64,000 bases of DNA. Origin: a virus. The stretch spans positions 64,001 to 128,000 of IMG/VR virus record IMGVR_UViG_3300046779_001412. The stretch is one strand, 5' to 3'. This document shows positions 38,094-47,510 of this stretch, in pieces (position 1 is the first letter of the stretch; each line of letters opens with the position of its first letter). The notes below the pieces were generated by a model that worked only from the letters and a program-made list of their open reading frames with translations, was not told the origin of the DNA and made no database searches. Position numbers and translations under genes: made by a program.

Positions 38094-38786
38094 CTAGAGT
38101 TTATGATCGTGAATATATTGTAGCACATAATTCGCCCAAAAGCAATGGGCGTCTGCTCCAAAATGCCAGCTGTCAGTATTAACAGTTTCGTAACCATTTA
38201 TGCGTAGCAGGGAATCATAGGTGCCCATGCCATCATAAGGCGAGATATAATGATTTTTCCAATCCAGTCGAGACTCACCTTCAAAATGATTGTTGCCGTT
38301 GAAAAACACATGGCGTATGCCCTGATCCTGTAGTTCGCAATGAAAATGCCAGATATCCTGATGCCATTGGCGTCTGCGCTCGTGCCAGTTCATGTCCAAG
38401 ATAAAGTACCTATAGCGGTCTTGATAGGCGTCTGGCACAGTGTCTGTGCCCGATGCACCCACTTGATAGTATTCACCATTAATGATCCATTCATCACGTT
38501 CCCAGGTACTCCATTGAATAATCAACAAAGGATCTGGCGCGGTGTTTCGAGCAAGCCATTCTCTAGTGGAGCGTAGAATTCTAAGATTACTGCTCCCGGA
38601 TTCAGCATCACAGCAGTAGTCAGACTCCAGTTGCTGTGAAATCAAATAACCAAAACTCACCTGTTGATTTACAGGATGAGAACGACGTCCTAGGGCCCAA
38701 TGTGCTACATCATCTTTAGCCATGCTCCAGGGACCTGCGGCTTCAGCCGCAGCAGCATGGCTGTCACCGTTGACGTAGACTACCAT
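38094..38786 (-). CDS. SGNH-like hypothetical protein
   Basis: NGDSH, GSSNLRI, WHFG. Confidence 0.6.
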   Translation of the reverse strand: MVVYVNGDSHAAAAEAAGPWSMAKDDVAHWALGRRSHPVNQQVSFGYLISQQLESDYCCDAESGSSNLRILRSTREWLARNTAPDPLLIIQWSTWERDEWIINGEYYQVGASGTDTVPDAYQDRYRYFILDMNWHERRRQWHQDIWHFHCELQDQGIRHVFFNGNNHFEGESRLDWKNHYISPYDGMGTYDSLLRINGYETVNTDSWHFGADAHCFWANYVLQYIHDHKL

Positions 38787-38976
38787 ATTTCAGCTCATAA
38801 AATGAATACTGCTTTGATCCTTCTCTCACCCAGATCTGTACTCGGCTATCATTGCCACTGAAGTCCCAGTCACGGCCACGTTCGCCAAGATTGCTTCTGC
38901 ACCAACGTATGTGTTCCAGGATGTTCATGTCTTTGTTGGTGATATTGAATGTGCTAGCAAAGTATTGTCTACTCAT
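38764..38976 (-). CDS. small hypothetical protein
   Basis: WCR..G..W..FYELKY motif. Confidence 0.6.
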   Translation of the reverse strand: MSRQYFASTFNITNKDMNILEHIRWCRSNLGERGRDWDFSGNDSRVQIWVREGSKQYSFYELKYGSLRQR

Positions 38977-39446
38977 GACTGGAGAGCCCGTTGTGTTTCT
39001 GCATGTATCACACGCTTACGCAGACTGCTACTACTAAACGAGTGATCTCGTGCGTTGAATACAATTTCAATACCGCGCTGATAACATTCAGCATCACCTG
39101 AAAACTGTTTACCTTCGTATTCTACTCCTAGCACACGAACATTCACTGGTAGGATTAGCAATAGATCAAGAAGATCTTGTTCGGTTTGATAAACAACAAC
39201 TTCATCAACATAACGACAGGCTGCTAGTTGTATCTGCCTTTCAACAATACTTTGAATAGGGTGATTTTTAGTATGAGGACGATCAATGGTTGGATCTGTT
39301 TGTAGGCCTGCGATTAAATAGTCACAATGATTCTTGGCCTCGGCCAACATGGCCACGTGTCCGGCGTGTAACATGTCAAAGGTGCTGAAGGTGATGCCTA
39401 TGCGTTTGCCTTGTTCTTTAAGCGTCTTAATATGATTAAAAATCAA
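38973..39446 (-). CDS. cytidylyltransferase (TagD/RfaE-like)
   Basis: TFDMLHAGH, SSSSLR. Confidence 0.9.
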   Translation of the reverse strand: MIFNHIKTLKEQGKRIGITFSTFDMLHAGHVAMLAEAKNHCDYLIAGLQTDPTIDRPHTKNHPIQSIVERQIQLAACRYVDEVVVYQTEQDLLDLLLILPVNVRVLGVEYEGKQFSGDAECYQRGIEIVFNARDHSFSSSSLRKRVIHAETQRALQS

Positions 39447-39634
39447 AAGTAATCTCCTCCCACGTTAACTGCTCGCATAACATAGTTGGCCACACGCTCG
39501 GGTTCTTCGCTCCAGATCTGCTCAGGTGTCGCGTACTCAAAAGCCTGATTGGGACTTTGCCACCACTTGTAGACTAGTTCTTTATCGCCCAGAGCACTTA
39601 TCAACAGCCAATTTAATCGCTCACGTGAGATCAC
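39443..39634 (-). CDS. MbcA/ParS/Xre antitoxin C-terminal-like small protein
   Basis: LGD..V.KWWQSPNQAF..ATP pattern. Confidence 0.55.
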   Translation of the reverse strand: MISRERLNWLLISALGDKELVYKWWQSPNQAFEYATPEQIWSEEPERVANYVMRAVNVGGDYF

Positions 39635-40032
39635 GATACCTCGCTGCGACCATTGCCAATATCAGTGGTGCGCACGTAGATACCCGATGCACGCATGGCC
39701 TGCTCCTGTTCCCAGGTTTCCATCACAACATTTCGGCAGATATTTTGAAACCAACGATCTACAATAATATCTTCTGGTTCATTGGGTTTCATTTGATAGC
39801 CAGCACGCACTAGATACGTTATGAATTTGTCATTCCATTCAAGTTCAAAACTGCCTGAGTTGATATCTTCAGGATTGAGATCAAAACTCACAATACCCAC
39901 GTAGGCTTCGCTGCGTTCTGTTGCTAGGTCTTTGGCTGTTTTCTTTTGAATAGGCGTGGCACTCTTGATTGGCTTTTTTGCAACAACCTGAGGCTCTGGC
40001 TTGTTCCCAAAAAATTTATCAAACAGTCCCAT
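39631..40032 (-). CDS. hypothetical protein
   Basis: Start moved to ATG 40032. Confidence 0.65.
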   Translation of the reverse strand: MGLFDKFFGNKPEPQVVAKKPIKSATPIQKKTAKDLATERSEAYVGIVSFDLNPEDINSGSFELEWNDKFITYLVRAGYQMKPNEPEDIIVDRWFQNICRNVVMETWEQEQAMRASGIYVRTTDIGNGRSEVS

Positions 40033-40246
40033 GATCCTGATCCTTTTGTCTACCCCACTTGATACGTAACCATATGCGTTCATGAATATAATAATCAATG
40101 CTGAGCAAAATGTGCAGTGCTGTGGCAAAAGTTGTAGCAGACGCTACATCTTCTGTAAACAACCATGTCCAAAAAATGGTAAACAGCCAGGCTGTGATAC
40201 GATAGCTTACCATTCTAGCTATAGTTCGTTGTCGAGTTTCAGTCAT
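40019..40246 (-). CDS. DUF2061-like small membrane protein
   Basis: ETR.RT..R..SYR and YYIHERIW..IKWG. Confidence 0.75.
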   Translation of the reverse strand: MTETRQRTIARMVSYRITAWLFTIFWTWLFTEDVASATTFATALHILLSIDYYIHERIWLRIKWGRQKDQDHGTV

Positions 40247-40288
40247 TTTCTTGTCTCCAGATGTTGTATAAATTTGTACAAATACTTT

Positions 40289-41155
40289 TTACGTTCCCCA
40301 TGCATTACGCCATATATCTACTTGCAGTCTTGGACTATATCTCCATCCTCGATCCAATGCAAGCTTTGCCACTTGTTGTGTGTTGAGATTATACACCTGT
40401 GGAACTCCTCCCACAGGCATTAGATACACCGGACAGTTGATGTTGTGTTTGCGATATTCAGCAACAGCACGTTCAGCATCAGCAACATCTTCGTCTGTGG
40501 CCACTACAAATTTCAAATACACTTGTCCATACAGCTGATATTGATGAACCACTTCGGGTTGTATAGCACGTTCAAACGGCTCACCTGAACATGGCAACTT
40601 GGGACTCACACTAAAGGTCAAGTGATCAAAGTCTCGTCCATATCTTGTGAATTCTTGAAACAGATATTCTTCTACTTCAGGATAGAGTTTTTGAGTACCA
40701 TTGGTTTCAAAAGTAATATGCTGAAGTCCATTGGCACGACAGCGATCAATCAGTTCCGGATAAAGTTGTTGATACGCCAGCAGTGGTTCACCACCAGTGA
40801 TAATCAAATGAGACTGATTCCAAACTTTGCCCGGCAGCAAGTCATGTATTTGGCCTGCAATAGTTTCCACATTTTCTTGTTGATTGAAACGCTTGAACTC
40901 AGGATAGATTGATGCATAGGTATCGCACCCTGTGGTAACCAGTGGCAGATCTTCAAACTTTTGATATTGATCTAGATTTTTTAAGATTTCAACTACTTCA
41001 GGATTGTGACCTTCGATGAGTTCGTCACGTGGTCTTCCAAACTTGCGACATCTAAAGTTGCAACCGTATGTACGAAAGAAAATGCTGGGCACACCAGCAT
41101 ACATTCCTTCTCCTTGCAGACTGTAAAAAATTTCAGTATAGGTTATCTTTTCCAT
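40289..41155 (-). CDS. queE: 7-carboxy-7-deazaguanine synthase (radical SAM)
   Basis: EIFYSLQGEG, GCNFRC..GCDTY, TGGEP, ETNGT, SPK. Confidence 0.9.
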   Translation of the reverse strand: MEKITYTEIFYSLQGEGMYAGVPSIFFRTYGCNFRCRKFGRPRDELIEGHNPEVVEILKNLDQYQKFEDLPLVTTGCDTYASIYPEFKRFNQQENVETIAGQIHDLLPGKVWNQSHLIITGGEPLLAYQQLYPELIDRCRANGLQHITFETNGTQKLYPEVEEYLFQEFTRYGRDFDHLTFSVSPKLPCSGEPFERAIQPEVVHQYQLYGQVYLKFVVATDEDVADAERAVAEYRKHNINCPVYLMPVGGVPQVYNLNTQQVAKLALDRGWRYSPRLQVDIWRNAWGT

Positions 41156-41186
41156 GTGTAGATTATACTAGAGTTAAACCGCTGTG

Positions 41187-41753
41187 TCAAATGTTTTGTG
41201 GATCCCACCATTGTTCCCAGGGAAATACCACCCAACTAGGATCTTCGTATTTGTTAATAGTACGGGCACTGTAGTTCATAGTGACTTCGGATTCGCTGCT
41301 GATGTTATCTATCAACACAGCAAATCTAACCGATTGATTCCAAATAGCTCGCCATACGTGTGTTTCATTGGGCATACATCCTGAAGGCCAATCTTTGTGA
41401 ATCCAGTTAAATGTAGCGCCACTGTCGTTGATGTCATCTACAATCAAGATTTTTTTGCGCAGAGCAGGATCAGTCACGGTGCCTGATTCACCGCGTAGAT
41501 CTTGGGATAGATAACCAAATGCATCTTCAGCCATCCAAAGATTGCTTTCGGGCTCAGAACGCTCATCACGCAGGCTTACCTTGAGTGTTTCCATTGGAAT
41601 ATTTAGGTATTGACTGATCATGTTGGCAGGAACTAGGCCACCACGTGTTAGGCCAATTACATAGTCAGGCCTCCAGCTATCTTGATTCATTTGTCGTAGA
41701 ATTTCCAGCACCATACCTTGGACTTCTGTGTCGGATATGTGTATTTTTTTCAT
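41187..41753 (-). CDS. purine phosphoribosyltransferase-like protein
   Basis: RGGLVPA, LIVDDINDSGAT, WVVFPWE. Confidence 0.88.
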   Translation of the reverse strand: MKKIHISDTEVQGMVLEILRQMNQDSWRPDYVIGLTRGGLVPANMISQYLNIPMETLKVSLRDERSEPESNLWMAEDAFGYLSQDLRGESGTVTDPALRKKILIVDDINDSGATFNWIHKDWPSGCMPNETHVWRAIWNQSVRFAVLIDNISSESEVTMNYSARTINKYEDPSWVVFPWEQWWDPQNI

Positions 41754-42535
41754 TTTTTACGTGCCTCAATTAGTAGATGCCAACCAAGATATTCTTTCAC
41801 TGCATCACGCATAGTGTCACTCATGGCAGCGAACCAGGGTTCTAGCTCATAATGACCTTGACGGTATGCAGGTACATTATACATAAAACAGTGATCTTGT
41901 CTAGTACGTTCTATTTCAAAATAGGGTTCTAGTATGTGATGTATTTCTTCTTTGGTAAAGGCCTCTGCATAAGGGCACTCTGCCTGCGCTTCAAATTGAT
42001 CAAGGCCTTTTTGAATCATGGCATGCTTCCAGGAGTTTTTAGCATACACCATAAAACGGAACTCGCCACCAGCTGCCACTAACTTGTGAATCTCTTGGAT
42101 GTGTTGAGCAATATTAGGAGAATGATGTATAACACCATAACTGTACACCAGATCAAACTCGCCAAGATCCATGTGATCAATATCTAGTAGATTAACATTG
42201 TAAAATTCACCATGAAGATCTAGTGTTGTAAAACGATCACGACAGATTTGTAAACTAGCATCACTGATATCAATACCAGTGTATTCAGCGCCATGACGTA
42301 CAAACTGTTCGGCATCTGTGCCAATGCCGCAGCCAATCTCCAATACTCTCCGACCTTGCCAGAGATGAAACTGTGCGAAATCAAGTATATGTGGCTCTAC
42401 ACGATATCGACGTGCAGTGACTTCTTCAAAGTAGTCTACCGACCCCATGGGCTTTTGACTGTGCCTGATGTTACAAGGTTGTCTATCCCAGTAGGCCTGT
42501 ATTTTTTCCAGTAGTGCCAAATTAGATTGTGCCAT
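41750..42535 (-). CDS. class I SAM methyltransferase
   Basis: VLEIGCGIG, FDLVYSYGVIHH. Confidence 0.9.
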   Translation of the reverse strand: MAQSNLALLEKIQAYWDRQPCNIRHSQKPMGSVDYFEEVTARRYRVEPHILDFAQFHLWQGRRVLEIGCGIGTDAEQFVRHGAEYTGIDISDASLQICRDRFTTLDLHGEFYNVNLLDIDHMDLGEFDLVYSYGVIHHSPNIAQHIQEIHKLVAAGGEFRFMVYAKNSWKHAMIQKGLDQFEAQAECPYAEAFTKEEIHHILEPYFEIERTRQDHCFMYNVPAYRQGHYELEPWFAAMSDTMRDAVKEYLGWHLLIEARKK

Positions 42536-43355
42536 TGATTGTTCTTGTTTGTGTCATTTGTTTGTTAATATCATTCTCTGACAGTTTTACCCAGGGATCT
42601 TGCTTGCCTGTTTTGCAGTTTTCCCACCAGGTTTGGTCAATACCTTTGCTTCGGAGTAGTTGCGAAAGACGCTCTGCGTCATTTACTCTGCGAGTATGCC
42701 ATTTGTTGCTGTGAAAGTCTTCAGGATTGTTAGGCTGATTTTCCAGTTGTGGTCTATTGTTGTATGTTTCATCGTTGTTGTTGCCGGTTAAATCAAAGCG
42801 ATCATGTGTGACCCAAACCGGAATACGTTCAAAGATATCCACTAGATAGGCCATCTGACTAATCCATGCGTCGCTCAGCTGATGAGGACTCATATATCCA
42901 AACAGATCCAACCAATCTCGTGGCACTATGGGAAAAATACTATAGGGATGCTCACGGTGAGTGTGTACTGCAAGTACCTTGAATTGGCCTTGATACTTCA
43001 TGATCTCTTCATCCCAGTTCTGGCTTTCCATGATAGCATCATCATTCCAAAACATCAACCAGTTACTGTTGCTTTGTTTAGACATTTCTGTAACATATTC
43101 GTTCAGACGGATATAGCCCAAGGGCTCAAACACCATGGCAGTGAAATGAGCACCTCGTTGTCGCAGCAAGGGCTCTACTTCGGTCTGCCAATAGGTGATG
43201 CCCGTGGTATCATCTTCGTCAAGACCTATAAAAAACTGTATGCGATCAAGATTCCTTGTGCGATTTACTAGACTCATGATGCTGCGCAGTAGAGCAGTGG
43301 TTCTACCTCGAGTGGGTAACAACACCGCGATGTCGTATTTTTTGCTGTCAGTCAT
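42522..43355 (-). CDS. GT-A fold glycosyltransferase
   Basis: VLLPTRGR, WNDD. Confidence 0.7.
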   Translation of the reverse strand: MTDSKKYDIAVLLPTRGRTTALLRSIMSLVNRTRNLDRIQFFIGLDEDDTTGITYWQTEVEPLLRQRGAHFTAMVFEPLGYIRLNEYVTEMSKQSNSNWLMFWNDDAIMESQNWDEEIMKYQGQFKVLAVHTHREHPYSIFPIVPRDWLDLFGYMSPHQLSDAWISQMAYLVDIFERIPVWVTHDRFDLTGNNNDETYNNRPQLENQPNNPEDFHSNKWHTRRVNDAERLSQLLRSKGIDQTWWENCKTGKQDPWVKLSENDINKQMTQTRTINGTI

Positions 43356-43372
43356 TTATTTTCCTTGCTGTG

Positions 43373-43675
43373 TTATACATACCGATCAATAAAGATTCCG
43401 CGCACTGTGTGTCTGGCCAACAGACGCTGTTCTTTTATTGACTCATAGAACTCGTAGTTCTTAATCCATTCTGTGTCTTTTTGATAGTTGTAGTTGCGCA
43501 ATAATCTACGTGTTTCATTTACTTGATTAATACGCTGTTGCTCTTGATAATTAGTGTCGCTGTTCTGCTCGGCAATGCTTTTGTTCATGGCCGCATATCT
43601 CAAACTCCATTGGCCAACTTCTTGCAGCAGCGTGTTAGATATTCGCGCTATGGGCATGTTAGTCTGGCGTACCAC
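43373..43675 (-). CDS. hypothetical protein (start uncertain)
   Basis: Operon ORF. Confidence 0.45.
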   Translation of the reverse strand: MVRQTNMPIARISNTLLQEVGQWSLRYAAMNKSIAEQNSDTNYQEQQRINQVNETRRLLRNYNYQKDTEWIKNYEFYESIKEQRLLARHTVRGIFIDRYV

Positions 43676-44018
43676 CTTCGCTGCCTGAATCTTCGGGAAT
43701 CTCAGGAAGGTTGTACCGTCTTTTATACTGAGAGTCTACGCTGCCCAAAGGATCAGGTGCTGCATATTGCACATTGTGTTCAACAGGCAATCCAAATCTT
43801 TTGCGGATGGCTTGTTTATCAGCCTGGCTCCCACAGCATTGTGCACATTCTTCCACTATGTATTCAGCGAACCTTCGCGCAGTGCCACGCCAAAGATCAT
43901 TGTGATAGATACTGAAGTTTGCCTGCGCTGCTATAAAGTCAAATGTATCTGGATTGTCAGGTAACAGCACCGAATAGTAGGCACTATCAAAGTCGGGGAA
44001 ATCACTTGGATTCTTCAT
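43659..44018 (-). CDS. hypothetical protein (FAxxIVxEC family)
   Basis: FAEYIVEECA..IRKRFG. Confidence 0.6.
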   Translation of the reverse strand: MKNPSDFPDFDSAYYSVLLPDNPDTFDFIAAQANFSIYHNDLWRGTARRFAEYIVEECAQCCGSQADKQAIRKRFGLPVEHNVQYAAPDPLGSVDSQYKRRYNLPEIPEDSGSEGGTPD

Positions 44019-44022
44019 ATCA

Positions 44023-44316
44023 TTAAATATTTCCGTATTTGAGTAAGAAAAGACTACGGTGTTTTTCTGAATAAAAGTCTAACATTACTGCTACTACCAG
44101 CACGTCTTTGTCATAATCAAACTGTTGATGTTCTCTCACTGTAAAGCCTAGAACTTTTTTCATGTTGCTCCGGATCAAATACACACTGGGAGGATGATCT
44201 CTTTTGATCTTTTGCCAAATGGGGTGCCAATCCCGATATGTGTAAACAATAGGCTTCACTGGTAATGTTCCATAATTTCTCGCCAATAGTTGCGTTGTGC
44301 CCAATGAACTACGCAC
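44023..44316 (-). CDS. small hypothetical protein
   Basis: Ends SLFLLKY. Confidence 0.55.
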   Translation of the reverse strand: MRSSLGTTQLLARNYGTLPVKPIVYTYRDWHPIWQKIKRDHPPSVYLIRSNMKKVLGFTVREHQQFDYDKDVLVVAVMLDFYSEKHRSLFLLKYGNI

Positions 44317-44320
44317 ATGA

Positions 44321-44515
44321 TTATTTTAATCCAAAATGTTTGAGTATACACTCATAGGGATCATGATCTTCACGCAAGGCAATGTTTGCACATTCACGCA
44401 CAATTGACTCTGCGAATATTCTATTGTACTCGGCTATCCACATATCAGGATCAAGTACACCACGAGGTACAGAGTTTTTGGCTTGATCTGCCAGTTGGCT
44501 CACAAGTTCATTCAT
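44321..44515 (-). CDS. hypothetical protein (FAxxIVxEC family)
   Basis: FAESIVRECA..ILKHFG. Confidence 0.6.
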   Translation of the reverse strand: MNELVSQLADQAKNSVPRGVLDPDMWIAEYNRIFAESIVRECANIALREDHDPYECILKHFGLK

Positions 44516-44711
44516 AAAATCCAAAGTGTTTGAGAATTGTTTTGTCAATCCTGCGCTGATAATGTTCGTCGGTATAAACAAGTTTGAATTGGTCAGCACA
44601 TTCTTTCACAATCAACTGGGCGAACTTTTCTTTGTCAAATGTATAAGTCTTGTTGTCCCACGAACCGTAATCTTCGCATTGATCGGCAAGTTGTTTAATT
44701 CGTTCGTTCAT
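44508..44711 (-). CDS. hypothetical protein (FAxxIVxEC family)
   Basis: FAQLIVKECA..ILKHFG. Confidence 0.65.
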   Translation of the reverse strand: MNERIKQLADQCEDYGSWDNKTYTFDKEKFAQLIVKECADQFKLVYTDEHYQRRIDKTILKHFGFYE

Positions 44712-45205
44712 GCAAATAGATCCTCATCCCATTCACGGTGTCCTTCGCGGAACGCCATGTTAGATTGGGTTTCGCGTACCTCTACACGATAACACCAAAG
44801 TCTTTCAGCTTCACTAGGTCCCCACATATCAGGAATATACACGCCATTGACATATTTGTAAAGCATATCGGCTAGACCTTCACACCCCAATCTTGGAAGA
44901 ATAGTAAGTTTGGCCATATTCCGCTCTTGTAGCATCTTGAATGTCTCTAATTCAGGATCATCCTGTGCTACTAGCAAAGTATGATCAAACTGATCTTCCA
45001 ATATTGCTTTTAATTCTTTTAATCCACCGTAGTCGGCAGCCCAGTTACGAACGTCTAACTGGTCAGTGCCAAAGTAGAACTTCATACTAAATGCATAGCC
45101 ATGTATTAAATTACAGTGACTATCCGCCCTCCATTGCCTATATGCGCAGGGAAAAGCATGGTGATACTCTTTGGTGCTGGTATATTTGTATGTAACAGGT
45201 TGCAT
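44708..45205 (-). CDS. queD: 6-carboxytetrahydropterin synthase
   Basis: HCNLIHGY, DYG, FDHT, VRET; start at ATG 45205. Confidence 0.88.
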   Translation of the reverse strand: MQPVTYKYTSTKEYHHAFPCAYRQWRADSHCNLIHGYAFSMKFYFGTDQLDVRNWAADYGGLKELKAILEDQFDHTLLVAQDDPELETFKMLQERNMAKLTILPRLGCEGLADMLYKYVNGVYIPDMWGPSEAERLWCYRVEVRETQSNMAFREGHREWDEDLFA

Positions 45206-45287
45206 TGATTTTTTCCTATAAGTTAATATAGGCCTGCAGAATTTGTAAAGCGGGATGAAGAGCCAGGAAGGCCGCTGTGATTGATAT

Positions 45288-45605
45288 TTAGTCTTGTGAA
45301 AAGTCGAACTCGTCCTTAAATTGTTCTTCACCAAACCATGATGAAAATTGCTCGCTGAAGTCTTCATCTAGGTTAAGCCAATGAATAATATCAACTTGAT
45401 CTTCTTCTGACAACTCATGATACAGATCTCTGAAGTGTTGGGACTGTTCCTCGCTGGCTTCTTCTCGTTTTTCTTCAGCAGCGATCCAGTTATCCTCTTC
45501 TTCAGAGTCTCCTAGTTCATCTGCTTCAGCCCACAGACCCCATGCCAGTTGGTGAGCTTCTTCGTTGAGATTTTCAGTTAATGTCCAAGCTTCTTCTAGT
45601 GTCAT
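45288..45605 (-). CDS. acidic hypothetical protein
   Basis: Very Glu/Asp-rich ORF. Confidence 0.6.
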   Translation of the reverse strand: MTLEEAWTLTENLNEEAHQLAWGLWAEADELGDSEEEDNWIAAEEKREEASEEQSQHFRDLYHELSEEDQVDIIHWLNLDEDFSEQFSSWFGEEQFKDEFDFSQD

Positions 45606-46189
45606 TTTGATTCCTTGTCAACTGTGTCAGGGAAAGGCCATGTTGGATCCACAGGATTTATTTTAGATAGTTCATCCAAAGTGATTTCTTCGTCCTGGGC
45701 TTCTTGGAAGTCAACAACATTACCTTGATCGTCGGCACAGATAATCTTGACTTTGTTGCCATGTTCGTCTTCAATAAGGATAGGACCCCAGACCCAGGCC
45801 TCGCATTCGTTTTGATTCCAGCCTTCTTCTTCCTCTAACACTTCATAAACACTGGATTCACCAAATCGTTCTAACAGTGCTTCCTGCTCGTCCTCGTCCA
45901 TATCTTCGGGAAAGTCAAAATCTTCCCAACAACCATCGTCCATGCTTTCGAGTTCGCTGTTCACAATATTGTTTGTACAGCAGTCATACATGTTGATACT
46001 ATCGGTTTTGCTATCGCCCCCGGGAACCTGTGTAAATTCAAACTCTGGCGGATTGCTATCATCTGTTTCTACATAAAAACTACTCCAGCGAAAACCAGTT
46101 TTGCGAACAATGTTTTTCCCATCCTTGCTGTAGTATTCATGTTCTTCGCAGCATTTTTTGTAATAAGTTGAAACTTTCCAATTAGCCAT
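45602..46189 (-). CDS. acidic hypothetical protein
   Basis: ATG 46189 after AGGA. Confidence 0.65.
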   Translation of the reverse strand: MANWKVSTYYKKCCEEHEYYSKDGKNIVRKTGFRWSSFYVETDDSNPPEFEFTQVPGGDSKTDSINMYDCCTNNIVNSELESMDDGCWEDFDFPEDMDEDEQEALLERFGESSVYEVLEEEEGWNQNECEAWVWGPILIEDEHGNKVKIICADDQGNVVDFQEAQDEEITLDELSKINPVDPTWPFPDTVDKESK

Positions 46190-46203
46190 GTTGTTTTTCC
46201 TTG

Positions 46204-47103
46204 TTACGACTTGCCAGTTATTGATAGCCAAAACTTATTATACCATCTATAGATTGTTTTGTCAATGCTTTCTGGTTCAGTATTGGGGTCTGGATGTGGC
46301 TCATTGTCGTTGATTACATTATCTACTTCATGATCAACCAGTTGATTGTAAATTGTGGACTTAGCAAGTTCGTATCTTTTTTGTTTGCTTTCGCTGTGTA
46401 AAATCACTATCACAAACTCTTGTCCATGACTTTGAACCAACATGCCCACACACCATCCAGCTGAATTGGTAAAACCAGTTTTGCTGACTTTGATTTGATC
46501 AAATTCCATCAGCAGTGGCTTGTTGGTATTGTCAATGGATATGGTACGTATTTTACGTTTGCGGTTGACTTCAAATAGCACATGTTTTCTCACACTGGTT
46601 TCCACAATAAATGGATATAGCGATGCTATTTGTACCATATTACCCACTGATCCTGCGGTGGCCTCGTTACTGGAACTTAGACCGGTTGGGTCAAAAAATC
46701 TAGTTCCAGTCATTTCAATGTCTTTGGCTTTTTGATTCATGGCCTTGATAAAGTCTTTACGACCATTGGGATAATCCCTAGCAACACTTTCTGCTGCTAC
46801 ATTGTCACTCCTTACCAACATGGCAGTCATGATATCACGCCGAGTGTGCTCTCCTGCTGGCAACTTGCCACCAGGTAACATCTGTATTTTTCTATCAAGA
46901 TTACGATCATAGTCTAACGATACCATGGCTGTCATAAGCTTGGTGATACTGGCAATAGGCATGGTTTCATTTTGATAGCGAGCCACAACTATTTCCTGTT
47001 TGGTTATGTTGTACACCCATATGGCCGGATAATGACCTTGAGACTTTTTGGCCCAGGCTACGGTTGAAATCAACAGCAACAGAATGGTTAGTATTTTTTT
47101 CAT
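46204..47103 (-). CDS. D-Ala-D-Ala peptidase (S11, PBP7-like)
   Basis: Signal peptide, SITK, SDN, KTG. Confidence 0.9.
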   Translation of the reverse strand: MKKILTILLLLISTVAWAKKSQGHYPAIWVYNITKQEIVVARYQNETMPIASITKLMTAMVSLDYDRNLDRKIQMLPGGKLPAGEHTRRDIMTAMLVRSDNVAAESVARDYPNGRKDFIKAMNQKAKDIEMTGTRFFDPTGLSSSNEATAGSVGNMVQIASLYPFIVETSVRKHVLFEVNRKRKIRTISIDNTNKPLLMEFDQIKVSKTGFTNSAGWCVGMLVQSHGQEFVIVILHSESKQKRYELAKSTIYNQLVDHEVDNVINDNEPHPDPNTEPESIDKTIYRWYNKFWLSITGKS

Positions 47104-47510
47104 GGTTTTTGGTATTCTGCCTTGCGATAATTTTGTTGTGCTGCAATCACACCACGTACACCTCCTGTGGGATCTTCACAGTCTCCCTGCCTGCGCGGTA
47201 TCATGTGCACATGTGGGTACAACACAGTTTGTCCGGCTGCGGCGCCAATGTTTTGTCCGATGTTAAATGCCTCCCAGCGACCTTCCCTTACACCGGCCGT
47301 TCCAGTTTCATAAGCAGCTTGATAACAGGCAGCCAGGCAGAGCCAGGTTTCTTGTCTGGGCACAAACAACAAGTGGCCCTGAGTCACTGCGTAGGCATCT
47401 GCAAACACTACATAGTCCGGCTGCACGTCAACAACGGTCTGCCATGGAGCCACACCTGATGATCTAGCATGATCAAGATCAGAGGTCAGCACTGTGATTT
47501 TTGTAGTCAT
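47100..47510 (-). CDS. HIT family hydrolase
   Basis: GHLLFVP, AGQTV.YPHVHMIPR. Confidence 0.88.
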   Translation of the reverse strand: MTTKITVLTSDLDHARSSGVAPWQTVVDVQPDYVVFADAYAVTQGHLLFVPRQETWLCLAACYQAAYETGTAGVREGRWEAFNIGQNIGAAAGQTVLYPHVHMIPRRQGDCEDPTGGVRGVIAAQQNYRKAEYQKP

